Below are positions 46,496-57,335 of a stretch of DNA of 64,000 nt, in pieces; the stretch's first letter is position 1, and each line of letters opens with the position of its first letter. The stretch covers positions 507-64,506 of the forward strand of contig JBAYJE010000004.1 of assembly GCA_041665265.1 (NCBI GenBank), read 5' to 3'. The translations under genes were made by a program, and so were the position numbers. The stretch comes from Minisyncoccota bacterium (GTDB lineage Bacteria > Patescibacteriota > Minisyncoccia > UBA6257 > GWB1-50-10). The notes under the pieces are model-generated. The model was given only the letters and a program-made list of their open reading frames with translations, searched no databases and had not been told where the DNA came from.

Positions 46496-49400
46496 TTAAG
46501 TCTTTGCAGTTACTGTTGAAAGTGAAGGAGTGCCATCAACATAAAGATTGATGATAGTATCCGACAAATCATTATCAGTTACAGGATTACCTGAGAATCC
46601 GAGATCAGCTTCATCCACACTGTAGAGGACGTTGCCGAGCGCAGATACTGCGAGACCAAACGTGTCGTTGTTTAACGCCGTTCCAGTCGTCTTCACGGTG
46701 AAATATCTCCATGAACCACCATCAATCTTACGATTTGCTGAAGTCACAAGAGTGAGATCAAAAGGAATCGTAGATGATGCTCCAGTTGCAGTAGATGTTG
46801 CAATGTATGTTACTGATGCATCGCTCTGCGTACCACCCATGATGGATGAGTAGAGACCGAAGCTTACAGAATTTGTTGCAGATCCACCGTTTGCAAGGCT
46901 CAACGTTGAGCTTGAGAGGTAAATCGGAGCAGAACCATTGTTGGTAATCTTAAAGATTCCAACAGTTTGTCCAGCCGACAAACCAATCGTTGCTGCTGAA
47001 GTAGGAGAAACTGCGGAGATTGAGACGCTTGCTGGCGTTACGTATGTCGCGCCGCTTGCTGCCGCAGAACCCGTCTTTGTACCTGCCGTTGAAGCAGTGA
47101 CTGCACCCTTGATTGCGATATCACCAGTTGTTGAAGCAATCTGGAATTTAAAGCTATCGCCAAGCTGTGCTGATCCACCTGCCGCTACGTTTGCCTTTAC
47201 GTAAATTGTTACGCCAGTTGTAGGAACAGCTGCGGACAATAAGTTATCACTTGAAGTGAAAGTAACCTGACACTTGCTTGCGTCGCACGTATCAAACTGA
47301 GGTGCGGTTGCAAACGGTGTCGTAGCAGCTCCTTCATAAAGTGCGATGTTATTGAGCGTAGTTGTTGCAACGCTGTTTGCGGCTGTGGTCGTCGCAGTAA
47401 TCTTCAAAGAAGTGACCTTCTGAGCTTCATACTGTGAGGTTAACTTGAATGCGAAAAGTGTCGCACCCGAAGTTCCTACCTGCATCACTTGGTTCTGGGA
47501 AGGTGAAGCAGTTGATCCAGAAACCACGGACAAGATAAGGTTACCCGCTGCCACATGTGCCATGGCCTGTCCACCACCTGCATAGGTAATGTCAGTACCA
47601 TTTGTCAACGAATTTCCAGTTACTGAACCAACTGCCGTTAATGCGGAAGTTGATGAAGCAATTGAGAATGTGTGTGAACCGGTTCCTGAAACTGCATCCG
47701 CTTTAAGACGAAGAGTGACCGGAGTCGCTTTCGTTACCAAAATTGGAGTTGAGAAGTTAAAGGTTACAGTTGCCGCATTCGTTGCTGTTGAACCACTGGT
47801 TACAAGCGGTGATGTGTCGCTATCCTTATACATTGAAAGATTTGCAACTTCACCTACTGCACCACCAGAATGTGTTACCACAATCTTTGAGACCTTCACA
47901 TCCTCTCCACCCGACTGGGCATTGAGTTGGAAGTCTGCATACTCATAGCCATTCGTACCCGCAACCACAGAATTTGCTACCGGAGTAGAAAGTGTAGTTA
48001 CCGCGAGTGCCGCTGCTTTGACTGCAATTGAGAGACCAGAAACAACGCCTGTACCTGGATCAACGAGATCGTTTGTGACGAGTCTCTTTGCCTGGATAAG
48101 GTCGAAGTTAGTAACAGTATAGCTGCTTGCTGCTACTGCTGAAGAATTAATTGAGCCTTCGATTGTGATTGCTGAATCCACACCCGCAGTTAAGACTGTG
48201 TATGAGGAAAGAGTAAACGTTGAAGCACTAGCATAACTAATATTCGTAGCTGCAGTGCTGTATACGATTGCGCCATTAATCTTCACATAGATTGTGCCTG
48301 TAAGTGCAGTGGAGCCTGAGCTACTTGCAACATAGAAGCTTACCTGACGAAGTTCGAAGTTCTCTCCAGTTGGCTTTGCATTAAATTTCGCAAGCACCAC
48401 GTTAGTAGTACCAGGAGTTACTGCAGAGCTTGGTGAGTCAGATGCTCTCGTCAAGGTCATTGAGCCAGAACCAATGGTCTGAATGTTGAATCCATTACCA
48501 ATTGGGAAGGCTGTGTCATTTGAACCAACTCCAGGAATAACGGAGACGTTTGTTGCTGCGCCATAGAGATCAATATCATAGTTGTTATACACTACGAAGT
48601 TGATTGTCTTTGTCGTGCCATTTACGATCTTCGCTTTTACTGTGAAATCTTTTGTCTGACCCTTATCAATAAAGTAAGGAGACGCAAGATTGAACGTGAC
48701 GTTCTTATCGCTTACGAGGCCGGTTGAAAGAATCGTGCCATCTTGTGCAATAAGTTGTACATCGCTCAAATCACTTGCCGCTGCGTTACCGTAGTTGTAC
48801 AAAGCCAACTTGCGGAGGTAGACGCCCTCGTTTGAGGAAGTTTCCTGCACGCGGAATTTGGTGATTTCTTGTGAGTTCGCTGGGTCAACATTTAAAGTTG
48901 AAGAACCAGTGCTCGTCAACACGTCTAAGGTGATTGTCGAGAGTGATGAACCACCATTTACAATGCTCATAGCAGTTCCATAAATAGGAAATGCTCCTGA
49001 GATTGAAGTGGTGTCAGCAGTAATAGACGCAATGTCATTAATGCTGAAACTGACGGTACCTGAGTAGTCACCAGTTACAAGGTTAAACCGGACCGTAAGG
49101 GTCTCAGAAGAACCTGCGGCAACCATCACAGGATCAGATGACATAGTTACAATGATGCTGTTGTCAGCATTCACTGAAGTCACCACATTTCCATGACGTA
49201 CGCCTTTTGAATCAACGATATCAACACCATTCAAGTTCGTATTCGCAACGAATCCGCTCTTCATGATTTTGATTGCGCTAATTTTTACTGCCTTTGAGCC
49301 TGCAGTAAATGCTACTTTCATAGCAGGGTTAAATGCAGTTCCCGAACCGATTGTCCTTGCAGAAGGATTATCAGAAGCGAGAGAGACAACGAGGTCGGTT

Positions 49401-49852
49401 CCTGAAGGAACTGTTACAACCGGAGTTGTGCCAGTGCCAGGAGTGACTGTGCCGCTCATGCTATTCATCTTTGCACGGCTGATTGCTCCAAAATAACCAA
49501 CTGCAGGGGAAATCCCTTCTGCAGCCTGCCACGCGCTGAGCGCAGCTTTAGTCATAGGACCAAATGTCGTGGTCGGAGCTGAGAGTTTCAAGAATCCTTT
49601 GCTAATCAAAACGCCCTGGAGTGCTTTTACATCTGCGCCAGTTGAGCCAAGAGTGAGGTTCTTAGCAAAATTGTATGCAGAGGTTGATGCGCTCTGTTGG
49701 CCGAGTTGAGCTTGCAAAGTTTGGATCTGCGCTAAAAGCGCAGCGATTTGTGCCTGTAAATCCACCGATTGGGCGAATACAGGTCCAGAAAGTGTTGCAA
49801 TCGTTGCGATCGCAATACTAACTGTTGCAATTTTTTGTGTTAATTTACTCAT
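46496..49852 (-). CDS. Large secreted S-layer-like protein with N-terminal peptidoglycan-binding domain
   Basis: Signal peptide (PVFA), LQAQIAALLAQI coil, LTLGSTGADVKALQ..L...FGPMT.AAL..WQ, Ser/Thr/Ala-rich beta repeats. Confidence 0.8.
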   Translation of the reverse strand: MSKLTQKIATVSIAIATIATLSGPVFAQSVDLQAQIAALLAQIQTLQAQLGQQSASTSAYNFAKNLTLGSTGADVKALQGVLISKGFLKLSAPTTTFGPMTKAALSAWQAAEGISPAVGYFGAISRAKMNSMSGTVTPGTGTTPVVTVPSGTDLVVSLASDNPSARTIGSGTAFNPAMKVAFTAGSKAVKISAIKIMKSGFVANTNLNGVDIVDSKGVRHGNVVTSVNADNSIIVTMSSDPVMVAAGSSETLTVRFNLVTGDYSGTVSFSINDIASITADTTSISGAFPIYGTAMSIVNGGSSLSTITLDVLTSTGSSTLNVDPANSQEITKFRVQETSSNEGVYLRKLALYNYGNAAASDLSDVQLIAQDGTILSTGLVSDKNVTFNLASPYFIDKGQTKDFTVKAKIVNGTTKTINFVVYNNYDIDLYGAATNVSVIPGVGSNDTAFPIGNGFNIQTIGSGSMTLTRASDSPSSAVTPGTTNVVLAKFNAKPTGENFELRQVSFYVASSSGSTALTGTIYVKINGAIVYSTAATNISYASASTFTLSSYTVLTAGVDSAITIEGSINSSAVAASSYTVTNFDLIQAKRLVTNDLVDPGTGVVSGLSIAVKAAALAVTTLSTPVANSVVAGTNGYEYADFQLNAQSGGEDVKVSKIVVTHSGGAVGEVANLSMYKDSDTSPLVTSGSTATNAATVTFNFSTPILVTKATPVTLRLKADAVSGTGSHTFSIASSTSALTAVGSVTGNSLTNGTDITYAGGGQAMAHVAAGNLILSVVSGSTASPSQNQVMQVGTSGATLFAFKLTSQYEAQKVTSLKITATTTAANSVATTTLNNIALYEGAATTPFATAPQFDTCDASKCQVTFTSSDNLLSAAVPTTGVTIYVKANVAAGGSAQLGDSFKFQIASTTGDIAIKGAVTASTAGTKTGSAAASGATYVTPASVSISAVSPTSAATIGLSAGQTVGIFKITNNGSAPIYLSSSTLSLANGGSATNSVSFGLYSSIMGGTQSDASVTYIATSTATGASSTIPFDLTLVTSANRKIDGGSWRYFTVKTTGTALNNDTFGLAVSALGNVLYSVDEADLGFSGNPVTDNDLSDTIINLYVDGTPSLSTVTAKT

Positions 49853-50065
49853 TTTATACTTTCTTTTCGACTTTGCATTCATAAGATACGAATGCAGAAT
49901 TTCGACTTAATTTTTAGTTCATTTTTCCATCTTCGACCTTTCTTTATTCAGGAACACTGCGATCTCCCGTTTCCGACCTTCCGCCATAGTGAGGATGAGG
50001 AGGAAGAAACAAGGGGAGCAATGTGTTTAATATTGATGTTAAATTTTTAGGACTCCCTAAAAATG

Positions 50066-50219
50066 AAAAACTCGCTCTTAGAGCGAGGTGGAATACAGCG
50101 GAGAACAACCGCATGGTTGTTTCCTAAATACCTCTGGCACTAGCCAGAAGGTTGCTGTAAAGCCTAGCCTCACACTAAGCCCTGTCTACCGACAGGAAGG
50201 TCTATCTTACGATAGTACC
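50066..50219 (-). ncRNA. Candidate structured leader RNA/ncRNA ending in an intrinsic terminator
   Basis: TTGCTT-N17-TACAGT promoter at 50225-50253; several stems incl. a three-way junction; CTCGCTC-taa-GAGCGAG-TTTTT. Confidence 0.55.
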
Positions 50220-50320
50220 CGATTACTGTATAGATATTCTCTTGGAAAAGCAACAAATGCCGATTTTCCTGCATTTATTACCTCTACATATATAACGAGG
50301 AGAAAATAAGCCTGTTACTA

Positions 50321-51064
50321 CTAGATTCCCCAGGGGGAGGCAGCAAAAATGAGTGCAGTACCAAAGAGGAGAATAACACTACTTCTTAAGGCAAAAGAGA
50401 GATTAAAGGAGCCTTCAAAGTGAGCTTTTATTGCATCTCGTAGGAGGACGAGGAAGAGACATAAAAATAGTGCTGCGTTTATAAACCCAAGTGGTAAAAA
50501 TCGAACAAGAAATGCGAGTTCAAGTGAGAGAAATGAGGCAACGATGCTCCCTAAAAATACCCTCCCCTGCCAAGGAATCTGCGCAAAAAGAAAGAATTCA
50601 CGCAAAAGGAGGAAGACACCTATTGCAGTAAAAAAGAGGAGAGTCCACGAAAGTGGGAAAATGAAAAAATGAAGGAAAAATCCAAAAAGAAGAACCGTAT
50701 TTACCACCCCATATACTGCAACGCGGTCATGAAAGAAAAAACGGAGAAGCCCCAAGAGAACAGAAAGGAGTGTGGTAAATACTATTACTATGAGGATAGG
50801 AACATAAAATGAAATATCGTTTTGAACCGCAAACCGAATTCCTAAAATACTTAACAACGCGAGAAGCCAAGATGAAGCAACAAAAGACTCGCGTTCGTGC
50901 GATTCGGAGAAATAAATAAAGGAAAAACCAACCAAAAAGAAAATGATAGACCACCACGAAGAATTCTCCACCCAAAGAAAGACGAGGAGTGCGACGACAA
51001 GGGCTATTTTAACGACTGATTTCCACTCGATCTCCCTTAAGAGAGATAGCAATTTTTTGGCCAT
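50321..51064 (-). CDS. Hypothetical polytopic membrane protein
   Basis: Almost entirely hydrophobic helices; start may overlap the clpB end. Confidence 0.75.
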   Translation of the reverse strand: MAKKLLSLLREIEWKSVVKIALVVALLVFLWVENSSWWSIIFFLVGFSFIYFSESHERESFVASSWLLALLSILGIRFAVQNDISFYVPILIVIVFTTLLSVLLGLLRFFFHDRVAVYGVVNTVLLFGFFLHFFIFPLSWTLLFFTAIGVFLLLREFFLFAQIPWQGRVFLGSIVASFLSLELAFLVRFLPLGFINAALFLCLFLVLLRDAIKAHFEGSFNLSFALRSSVILLFGTALIFAASPWGI

Positions 51065-53699
51065 CTTTTACTTCGCCGCGAATTATCTTATCGGCAAGCG
51101 CGTCCACAATGACCTTTTGAATAAGACGTCGAATAGGACGTGCGCCATAATCCGGATCAAATCCTTTTTCCGCAATATATTTTTTAATCTGTGGCTTCAC
51201 CATAATCTGGATATTGCGCTGCTTTAGTCTCTCTTCAAGTTTCTTTAATTGAATCTCTACGATTTTTTCAATCGCCTGTGCATTCAACGTATTAAAGATA
51301 ACTATCTCATCTAAGCGGTTTAAAAATTCAGGTCTAAATGTTTCACGAAGTGCTTCATTTACTCCTTCCTTAAACTTCTCTTCTTTTGCGGCAATACTCT
51401 TTTTTTCCTCTCCCATACCGAACCCGAGATGAGACATTTCCTTAAAGTAGGTGCTTCCCACATTCGAAGTAAGAATAATTATTGTATTCTTGAAATTAAT
51501 TGTCTTCCCTTTTCCATCAGTCAGTCGTCCATTATCAAGCACCTGGAGGAGAATATTAAATACCTCAGGGTGTGCTTTTTCTATCTCATCGAACAAGATG
51601 AGGCTGTAAGGCCTATGACGCACAATCTGTGTAAGTTGTCCTCCCTCATCGTGACCTACATACCCAGGAGGCGAACCAATAAGACGCGCAACCGCATGTC
51701 GCTCCATATACTCGGACATATCAATGCGAATAAGCGCCTTTTCGTCATTAAACATGAGCTCCGCAAGTGCCTTTGCAAGCTCAGTCTTTCCTACGCCTGT
51801 GGGACCAAGGAACATAAAAGAACCCGAAGGACGATCATCCTCAGCAAGACCTGCGCGTGAGCGACGAAGCGCACGAGACACCCCCTCAATTGCCTCACGT
51901 TGTCCTACTACCCTATTTTCAAGATCCTCCTCAAGACGAGAGAGTTTCTTCATTTCAGGTTCCAACATACGCGACACGGGAATCCCCGTCCATCGTGCGA
52001 CCACGCCCGCAATATCCTCTTCATCAACTGTTTCTTTAATAAAACGAAGTTCTACTTTCTTTTTATCTTCTTTAGTTTTCTCTTTTTTCGTCTTTCCCTC
52101 TTTTCCTATTTTCTGATTTAAATATCGCTTTTCAAATGCCTGATACTCTTTTTCTGCAGAAGGAAGTTCTCCGTAGAGAATCTTAGCCACGCGCTCAAAA
52201 TTACCTTCGCGTTCTGCGACTTCCGCCTCGTGGCGCAAGTCATCAATTTTCTTCCTTAAATTGTGAAACTTCTCAAACGTAACTTTCTCATTGTGCCACT
52301 GTCCTGAGAGCGTGGTATTTTCCCCCTTCAATTTTGAAATTGCCATATCAACCTCCTTAAGGCGTGTACCGTTCTTTTTATTATTTTTCTCTTGTACCAG
52401 CGCAGAGCGCTCAATCTCAAGACGGGTAAGTTCGCGACGTACTTTATCAAGTTCGTTAGGAATACTTTCTGATTCTAACCTTCTTGCGGCAGCTGCCTCA
52501 TCAATAAGATCGACTGCTTTATCTGGTAAAAATCGGTCGGTAATATAACGCGCTGAGAGATTTACTGCTGATACGATTGCCTCATCGGAAATCTTAAGCC
52601 CATGATGCATCTCATATTTTTCCTTTAATCCGCGCAAAATAGAAATTGAATCTTCAATCGTCGGTTCATCAACAAGAATAGGCTGAAACCTGCGCTCAAG
52701 CGCCGCATCTTTCTCAATATGTTTCTGATACTCCTTAAGGGTAGTGGCACCAATCGCGTGAAGTTCGCCACGCGCAAGTGCGGGCTTCAATAAATTAGAA
52801 GCATCGATTGCGCCTTCTGCGGCACCTGCCCCCACAATCATATGAATCTCATCAATAAATAAAAGAAGCTTCCCTTCAGAACGCTGGATCTCCTTTAAGA
52901 ATGCTTTGAGGCGATCTTCAAATTCTCCACGAAACTTCGTGCCTGCAATAAGTGAACCTAAATCAAGCATAATTACCTCTCTTCCTTTCAAGGGTTCTGG
53001 GATATCGCCTGAGACGATGCGCTGTGCGAGACCTTCCACAATAGCGGTCTTTCCTACGCCAGGCTCGCCAATAAGGATGGGATTGTTCTTGGTACGTCGC
53101 GAGAGAATCTGCATAAGACGACGCAATTCCTCTTCTCTTCCAATCACTGGATCAAGTTTTCCCTGTCGTGCTTTCTCGGTAATATTAATCGCATATTTTT
53201 CGAGCACCTGAAATTTTGATTCTGGTGTCTCGTCTGTTACTCGTGAAGTACCACGCAAATCAACAAGCGCCTTCAAAAGCACATCTCTGCGAGCACCTGC
53301 CTGAGTAAGTAATTCTTGTGCCATTGAGGGCGCGTCAGCAAGCCCAAGAAGAAGATGTTCGCAAGAAATAAAATCATCTTTTTGCTTTGTTGCAAACTCT
53401 CCTGCTTTATCCAAAATCTTCATAAGTTCTTGAGAGAGATAAAGCTGATTATTCGTCCCACCCGTTCCCGCAAACACGCGCGGAAGGCGTGCAAGCGTGG
53501 TACCTACTTGTTCAGCAAGCGTTGCTACATTTACATTCGCACGAATAAGCATGGGGCGCACAAGTGTTTGCTCGTCTTCAATAAGCGCCGAAAGGAGATG
53601 AAGTCCCTTGAGTTCTCCGTGATTTTGACGCGCTACAAGTTCCTGTGCTCCCTGAAGTGCTTCCTGTGCTTTAATAGTAAATCGATTAAAATTTGGCAT
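51009..53699 (-). CDS. clpB: ATP-dependent chaperone ClpB
   Basis: [16 protein letters not shown], middle coiled coil, [13 protein letters not shown]. Confidence 0.95.
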   Translation of the reverse strand: MPNFNRFTIKAQEALQGAQELVARQNHGELKGLHLLSALIEDEQTLVRPMLIRANVNVATLAEQVGTTLARLPRVFAGTGGTNNQLYLSQELMKILDKAGEFATKQKDDFISCEHLLLGLADAPSMAQELLTQAGARRDVLLKALVDLRGTSRVTDETPESKFQVLEKYAINITEKARQGKLDPVIGREEELRRLMQILSRRTKNNPILIGEPGVGKTAIVEGLAQRIVSGDIPEPLKGREVIMLDLGSLIAGTKFRGEFEDRLKAFLKEIQRSEGKLLLFIDEIHMIVGAGAAEGAIDASNLLKPALARGELHAIGATTLKEYQKHIEKDAALERRFQPILVDEPTIEDSISILRGLKEKYEMHHGLKISDEAIVSAVNLSARYITDRFLPDKAVDLIDEAAAARRLESESIPNELDKVRRELTRLEIERSALVQEKNNKKNGTRLKEVDMAISKLKGENTTLSGQWHNEKVTFEKFHNLRKKIDDLRHEAEVAEREGNFERVAKILYGELPSAEKEYQAFEKRYLNQKIGKEGKTKKEKTKEDKKKVELRFIKETVDEEDIAGVVARWTGIPVSRMLEPEMKKLSRLEEDLENRVVGQREAIEGVSRALRRSRAGLAEDDRPSGSFMFLGPTGVGKTELAKALAELMFNDEKALIRIDMSEYMERHAVARLIGSPPGYVGHDEGGQLTQIVRHRPYSLILFDEIEKAHPEVFNILLQVLDNGRLTDGKGKTINFKNTIIILTSNVGSTYFKEMSHLGFGMGEEKKSIAAKEEKFKEGVNEALRETFRPEFLNRLDEIVIFNTLNAQAIEKIVEIQLKKLEERLKQRNIQIMVKPQIKKYIAEKGFDPDYGARPIRRLIQKVIVDALADKIIRGEVKDGQKIAISLKGDRVEISR

Positions 53700-53744
53700 A
53701 AGGTTTAAAAATTCCTTACGATTATTATACCAGGCCTTCGCAAA

Positions 53745-53771
53745 TTGGCAAACTCAACACTCGAGTGCTAA
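53745..53771 (-). promoter_or_regulatory. CIRCE (HrcA operator) upstream of clpB
   Basis: TTAGCACTC-N9-GTTTGCCAA against consensus TTAGCACTC-N9-GAGTGCTAA. Confidence 0.75.
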
Positions 53772-53787
53772 TACGTCATCTCACGCC

Positions 53788-53813
53788 TAACAACCCGCCG
53801 AAGCGGGTTGTTA
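53788..53813. terminator. Hairpin after htrA
   Basis: TAACAACCCGC-cgaa-GCGGGTTGTTA. Confidence 0.65.
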
Positions 53814-53816
53814 CAG

Positions 53817-55085
53817 TTACAACTCAGGACGCTCTTCAAGAGTTACCTCAAGAGAGAGTGTTTTATCTCCTCGTTTTATTTCAAGAGTCACTTTATCGCC
53901 GATACCAAACTTCTGAATAATCTGTCCAAGCGTATTCTCTACGGTTATCTTCTCTCCGTTTATTTTTGTAATAATATCTTCTGCCTGAACTCCCGCTTTT
54001 GCGGCCGGAGAATCAAGAATGACGCCAGGGCCTTCATCGGTCCCGCGCACAAGAGCACCCTCAGACGCCACTAGCTTCTGTTTCTTCGCAACATCTTCAG
54101 TTACCAAAGAATAACGAACGCCAAGATAAGGGACCTTAATACTCCCCGTTTCCTTTACCGACTTGATTGCCTTCTTTGCTTGATTAATAGGAATTGCAAA
54201 ACCAATACTCTGTGCATCTGATGCGATTGCAGTATTCACTCCAATCACTTCTCCACGAAGATTTAAAAGTGGTCCACCAGAATTCCCAGGATTAATTGCG
54301 GCATCGGTTTGAATCACGCCCTGAATTGTCTCCGTGCCAAAGCCAGCACCTGATGCAGTAACGGTGCGCGCAAGCCCAGAAATAACACCTACAGAAACAG
54401 TATTTCTAAATTCTCCAAGCGAATTTCCAATTGCAATTGCGGTCTGTCCCAACTTCACCGAATCAGAATCACCAAGAATCGCGGGGGTGAGTTTTGATGC
54501 CTCAATTTTAAGGATTGCAATATCGTTTACTGGACTTCGTGCAAGTACCTTTGCATTGTATTTCTTTCCGTCATTCGTAAATACGGTATATTCCGCTTTT
54601 GTATCAACCACTACATGTTTGTTGGTAAAGATAAGCCCATCTTCTGAGACTACGAATCCACTCCCCCCTCCTATTTCTTTTTTAGTAGTCCCTTTTTCAC
54701 ATGGCTGTGAGAATTGAAATCCTCTTCCAAAAAACTGCTGGAACTCTGGAGGAAGGTTTCCGAAAGGATCTGTGGTCTGACACTCCTCAATAAGAGGAAC
54801 ATCTTTCGAAATAACAATAGAAACCACCGAAGGTGCTGCTTTATCCACGCCCGCAATTACTGCCTCTTCATAATCAAATGCAGGTTTATATAATGGAGTT
54901 ACTTTTGAAACCTCTGACACTGTCGAAGTGGTAATCCGAGGAGAGGAGGAAGGAGTAAGTGTTTGCTTCAAAAAGTCTTTGAGTGTATCAAAGAAACTCG
55001 CATGTGCCACACGATATCCCACTCCTAACGATGCTACCACTGCGATTACTAAACCAAAGAAAACTATTTTTTTATATGTAGTCAT
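53817..55085 (-). CDS. htrA: HtrA/DegP serine protease with PDZ domain
   Basis: GSGF, TNKHVV, QTDAAINPGNSGGPL, C-terminal PDZ. Confidence 0.93.
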   Translation of the reverse strand: MTTYKKIVFFGLVIAVVASLGVGYRVAHASFFDTLKDFLKQTLTPSSSPRITTSTVSEVSKVTPLYKPAFDYEEAVIAGVDKAAPSVVSIVISKDVPLIEECQTTDPFGNLPPEFQQFFGRGFQFSQPCEKGTTKKEIGGGSGFVVSEDGLIFTNKHVVVDTKAEYTVFTNDGKKYNAKVLARSPVNDIAILKIEASKLTPAILGDSDSVKLGQTAIAIGNSLGEFRNTVSVGVISGLARTVTASGAGFGTETIQGVIQTDAAINPGNSGGPLLNLRGEVIGVNTAIASDAQSIGFAIPINQAKKAIKSVKETGSIKVPYLGVRYSLVTEDVAKKQKLVASEGALVRGTDEGPGVILDSPAAKAGVQAEDIITKINGEKITVENTLGQIIQKFGIGDKVTLEIKRGDKTLSLEVTLEERPEL

Positions 55086-55161
55086 AGTGTTGATAATTCT
55101 CTTTTATGCTGTGTTTCAACAACTTACTTTATTTCATCAAACGAGGAATGAAACAAGACTT

Positions 55162-55935
55162 TTATCTTATTTCGTACTGAAGAGTTACATTCACGGTCGT
55201 TTCCTGAGAGCCTGGCTCAATTGAAGGTGCTGAGGACATTTCTGCATCTCCCCCCATGCCTTTTGTTGCATAGTTATACATCATAGGACGAGGATAATTT
55301 CCACTTTCCGAAATACCAAGCAATCGTCCAAGTGAAAATCCTCCTGCTTTCGCAATTGATTGTGCCTTTACTTTTGCTTTTTGTATTGCTTCCGCACGAG
55401 CTACATCTTGTGCTGCAGTTTGATCATCTATTGTGAATTGAAAATCAGACACAGTATTTGCGCCATTATTTACTACTCCTGCAAGAATATCGCCTACCTT
55501 TGCGAAATCACGTACTTTTACTAATACCGTCTGAGTAATCTCATACCCCACTATCTGAGGAGGAGGACACGCGCCACCATCCTTTGGACAACTAAAATAC
55601 TGGTAGCGTGGCTGTAAATTATAATTTTGCGTTTTAATATCTTTATCCTGTACCCCATTCTCTTTTACAAACGAAATTGCTTTATTCATCTTGTTTGAAT
55701 TTTCCTTTTGAATATTCGCAAGATTTTTATCACCTTGTGTTAATACACTAAAAGTAAACGCCGCAATATCAGGAATAGAAATTGATTTTCCTTCTGCGTT
55801 CACCGAGAAACTACGAAACGAACTTGGTTGAATCGACTCTGAATATGAGGAAGCAAAACGCCATGCGGAACTTCCTAATAAAAGAACTGACACTCCTACC
55901 GCCGCCCAAAAATATTTTTTTATATTATCGTTCAT
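55162..55935 (-). CDS. SIMPL domain (DUF541) protein
   Basis: EGK....PD.A, DIKTQNY.L.P.Y, AR.EAI..AK.KA, IEPG. Confidence 0.88.
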   Translation of the reverse strand: MNDNIKKYFWAAVGVSVLLLGSSAWRFASSYSESIQPSSFRSFSVNAEGKSISIPDIAAFTFSVLTQGDKNLANIQKENSNKMNKAISFVKENGVQDKDIKTQNYNLQPRYQYFSCPKDGGACPPPQIVGYEITQTVLVKVRDFAKVGDILAGVVNNGANTVSDFQFTIDDQTAAQDVARAEAIQKAKVKAQSIAKAGGFSLGRLLGISESGNYPRPMMYNYATKGMGGDAEMSSAPSIEPGSQETTVNVTLQYEIR

Positions 55936-55967
55936 ACCTTTAATGATATAGAGCGCGCATCATCCTT

Positions 55968-57170
55968 TCAACCCTGTCTTCGGGATATCTTCCCCATTCT
56001 TCTTATTACCTCACTTATTTCCTCTTGTGTGGTTATCCTTCCTAAGCTAAATCGAATACCCCTCGCACCCCCTTTAAAAAGAGCCGAGAGTACGTGTGAA
56101 TGTGTTGGGGCACGAGATGCGCACGCAGAACCCGTAGAGACCGCGATACCTGCTATATCAAATCGCGCGAGCAACTCATCTGAAGGAAATTCGTTAAATG
56201 CCACGTTTAAAATGTGCGGTGCGGCATCTTTAAAATCACTCTCTCCACTTCCATTCACCATCGCTTCAGGAAATAAATTATTAATACCTTTCCACAAAAG
56301 ACGTTTTAATCCAAGCGCGCGTACAAATTCTTTTTTGCGTCGTGCAGTGGCAAGTGTAATTGCCTCCGCAAACCCCACAATGCCCGCCACATTCTCCGTG
56401 CCTGAACGCATGCCAAACTCTTGCCCACCACCTGTAATAAGTGGAGCAACACAACCTATTTTATCTTTTTGATTTTTAACGAATAAAACTCCTACTCCTT
56501 TTGGTCCATATAATTTATGAGCTGAAAGCGTCATGAGATCTACCCCTAATGTAGTTACGTCACAAGAGAAATATTGGAATGCCTGCACGGCATCAGTGTG
56601 AAATAAGGGATAAGGATAGGAAGAATTCTTCTCCCTTCGGGAGACGTCCCGTAGGGACGCAATTACTGATGCAATTTCTCTAATCGGTTGAATACTTCCC
56701 ACTTCATTATTTACATACATTACCGACACAAGAACTGTGTTCGTATTAATTGCTTCGTATAATTTCTTTATGTCAATGACGCCTCTCGTATCAACAGGAA
56801 TTATTATGCACTCTACCCCTTCTCGCTCAAGATCTTTTGCGGTCTCAAGCACCGACTCATGTTCAATCGCAGATATCACAATGCGCGGCTTCACCGAGGG
56901 AAATTCTCCGCAAAACTTTTTTACCGCGCCACGCAAAGCAAGGTTGTTCGCCTCCGTTGCTGAACCAGTAAAAAGAAGTTCGCGAAAACCTGCGCCAAGT
57001 ATTGTTGCGATTTGTGCCCTCGCCTTATCAACCGCCCCCATCGCCTCCTGCCCAAAAGAATGAAGTGAGCTTGGATTGCCAAAGCTCTCTGCGGCATAAT
57101 GTGCCATCGCTTTTGCCACTTTTAGGTCCATTGGTGCGGTTGCTGCATAATCGAGATAAATAGGCTTCAT
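55968..57170 (-). CDS. Cysteine desulfurase (IscS/NifS family)
   Basis: YLDYAAT, GNPSSLH, HTDAVQ, SAHKLYGPKG, STGSAC. Confidence 0.93.
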   Translation of the reverse strand: MKPIYLDYAATAPMDLKVAKAMAHYAAESFGNPSSLHSFGQEAMGAVDKARAQIATILGAGFRELLFTGSATEANNLALRGAVKKFCGEFPSVKPRIVISAIEHESVLETAKDLEREGVECIIIPVDTRGVIDIKKLYEAINTNTVLVSVMYVNNEVGSIQPIREIASVIASLRDVSRREKNSSYPYPLFHTDAVQAFQYFSCDVTTLGVDLMTLSAHKLYGPKGVGVLFVKNQKDKIGCVAPLITGGGQEFGMRSGTENVAGIVGFAEAITLATARRKKEFVRALGLKRLLWKGINNLFPEAMVNGSGESDFKDAAPHILNVAFNEFPSDELLARFDIAGIAVSTGSACASRAPTHSHVLSALFKGGARGIRFSLGRITTQEEISEVIRRMGKISRRQG

Positions 57171-57335
57171 ATATGCAGTAGTATACGATGTTTCATCTGA
57201 TGCTGCATCACCCTGTAGAGGGTCACTGTCGAGTGCTTATTCCCCCTCACCTTTCGACATATTGACAATAATGCTATTTCGTGATATTTTAATGCTAGTT
57301 CACTGATTTAATCACATTTACGTCTGGAGGCTTTT

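Noticed and set aside
46632-49496. Several plus-strand ORFs antisense to the S-layer-like gene (similar shadows over nrdJ, ftsZ, clpB, htrA)
   Set aside because: Shadow ORFs arising from codon bias of the real genes; no motifs or start signals.
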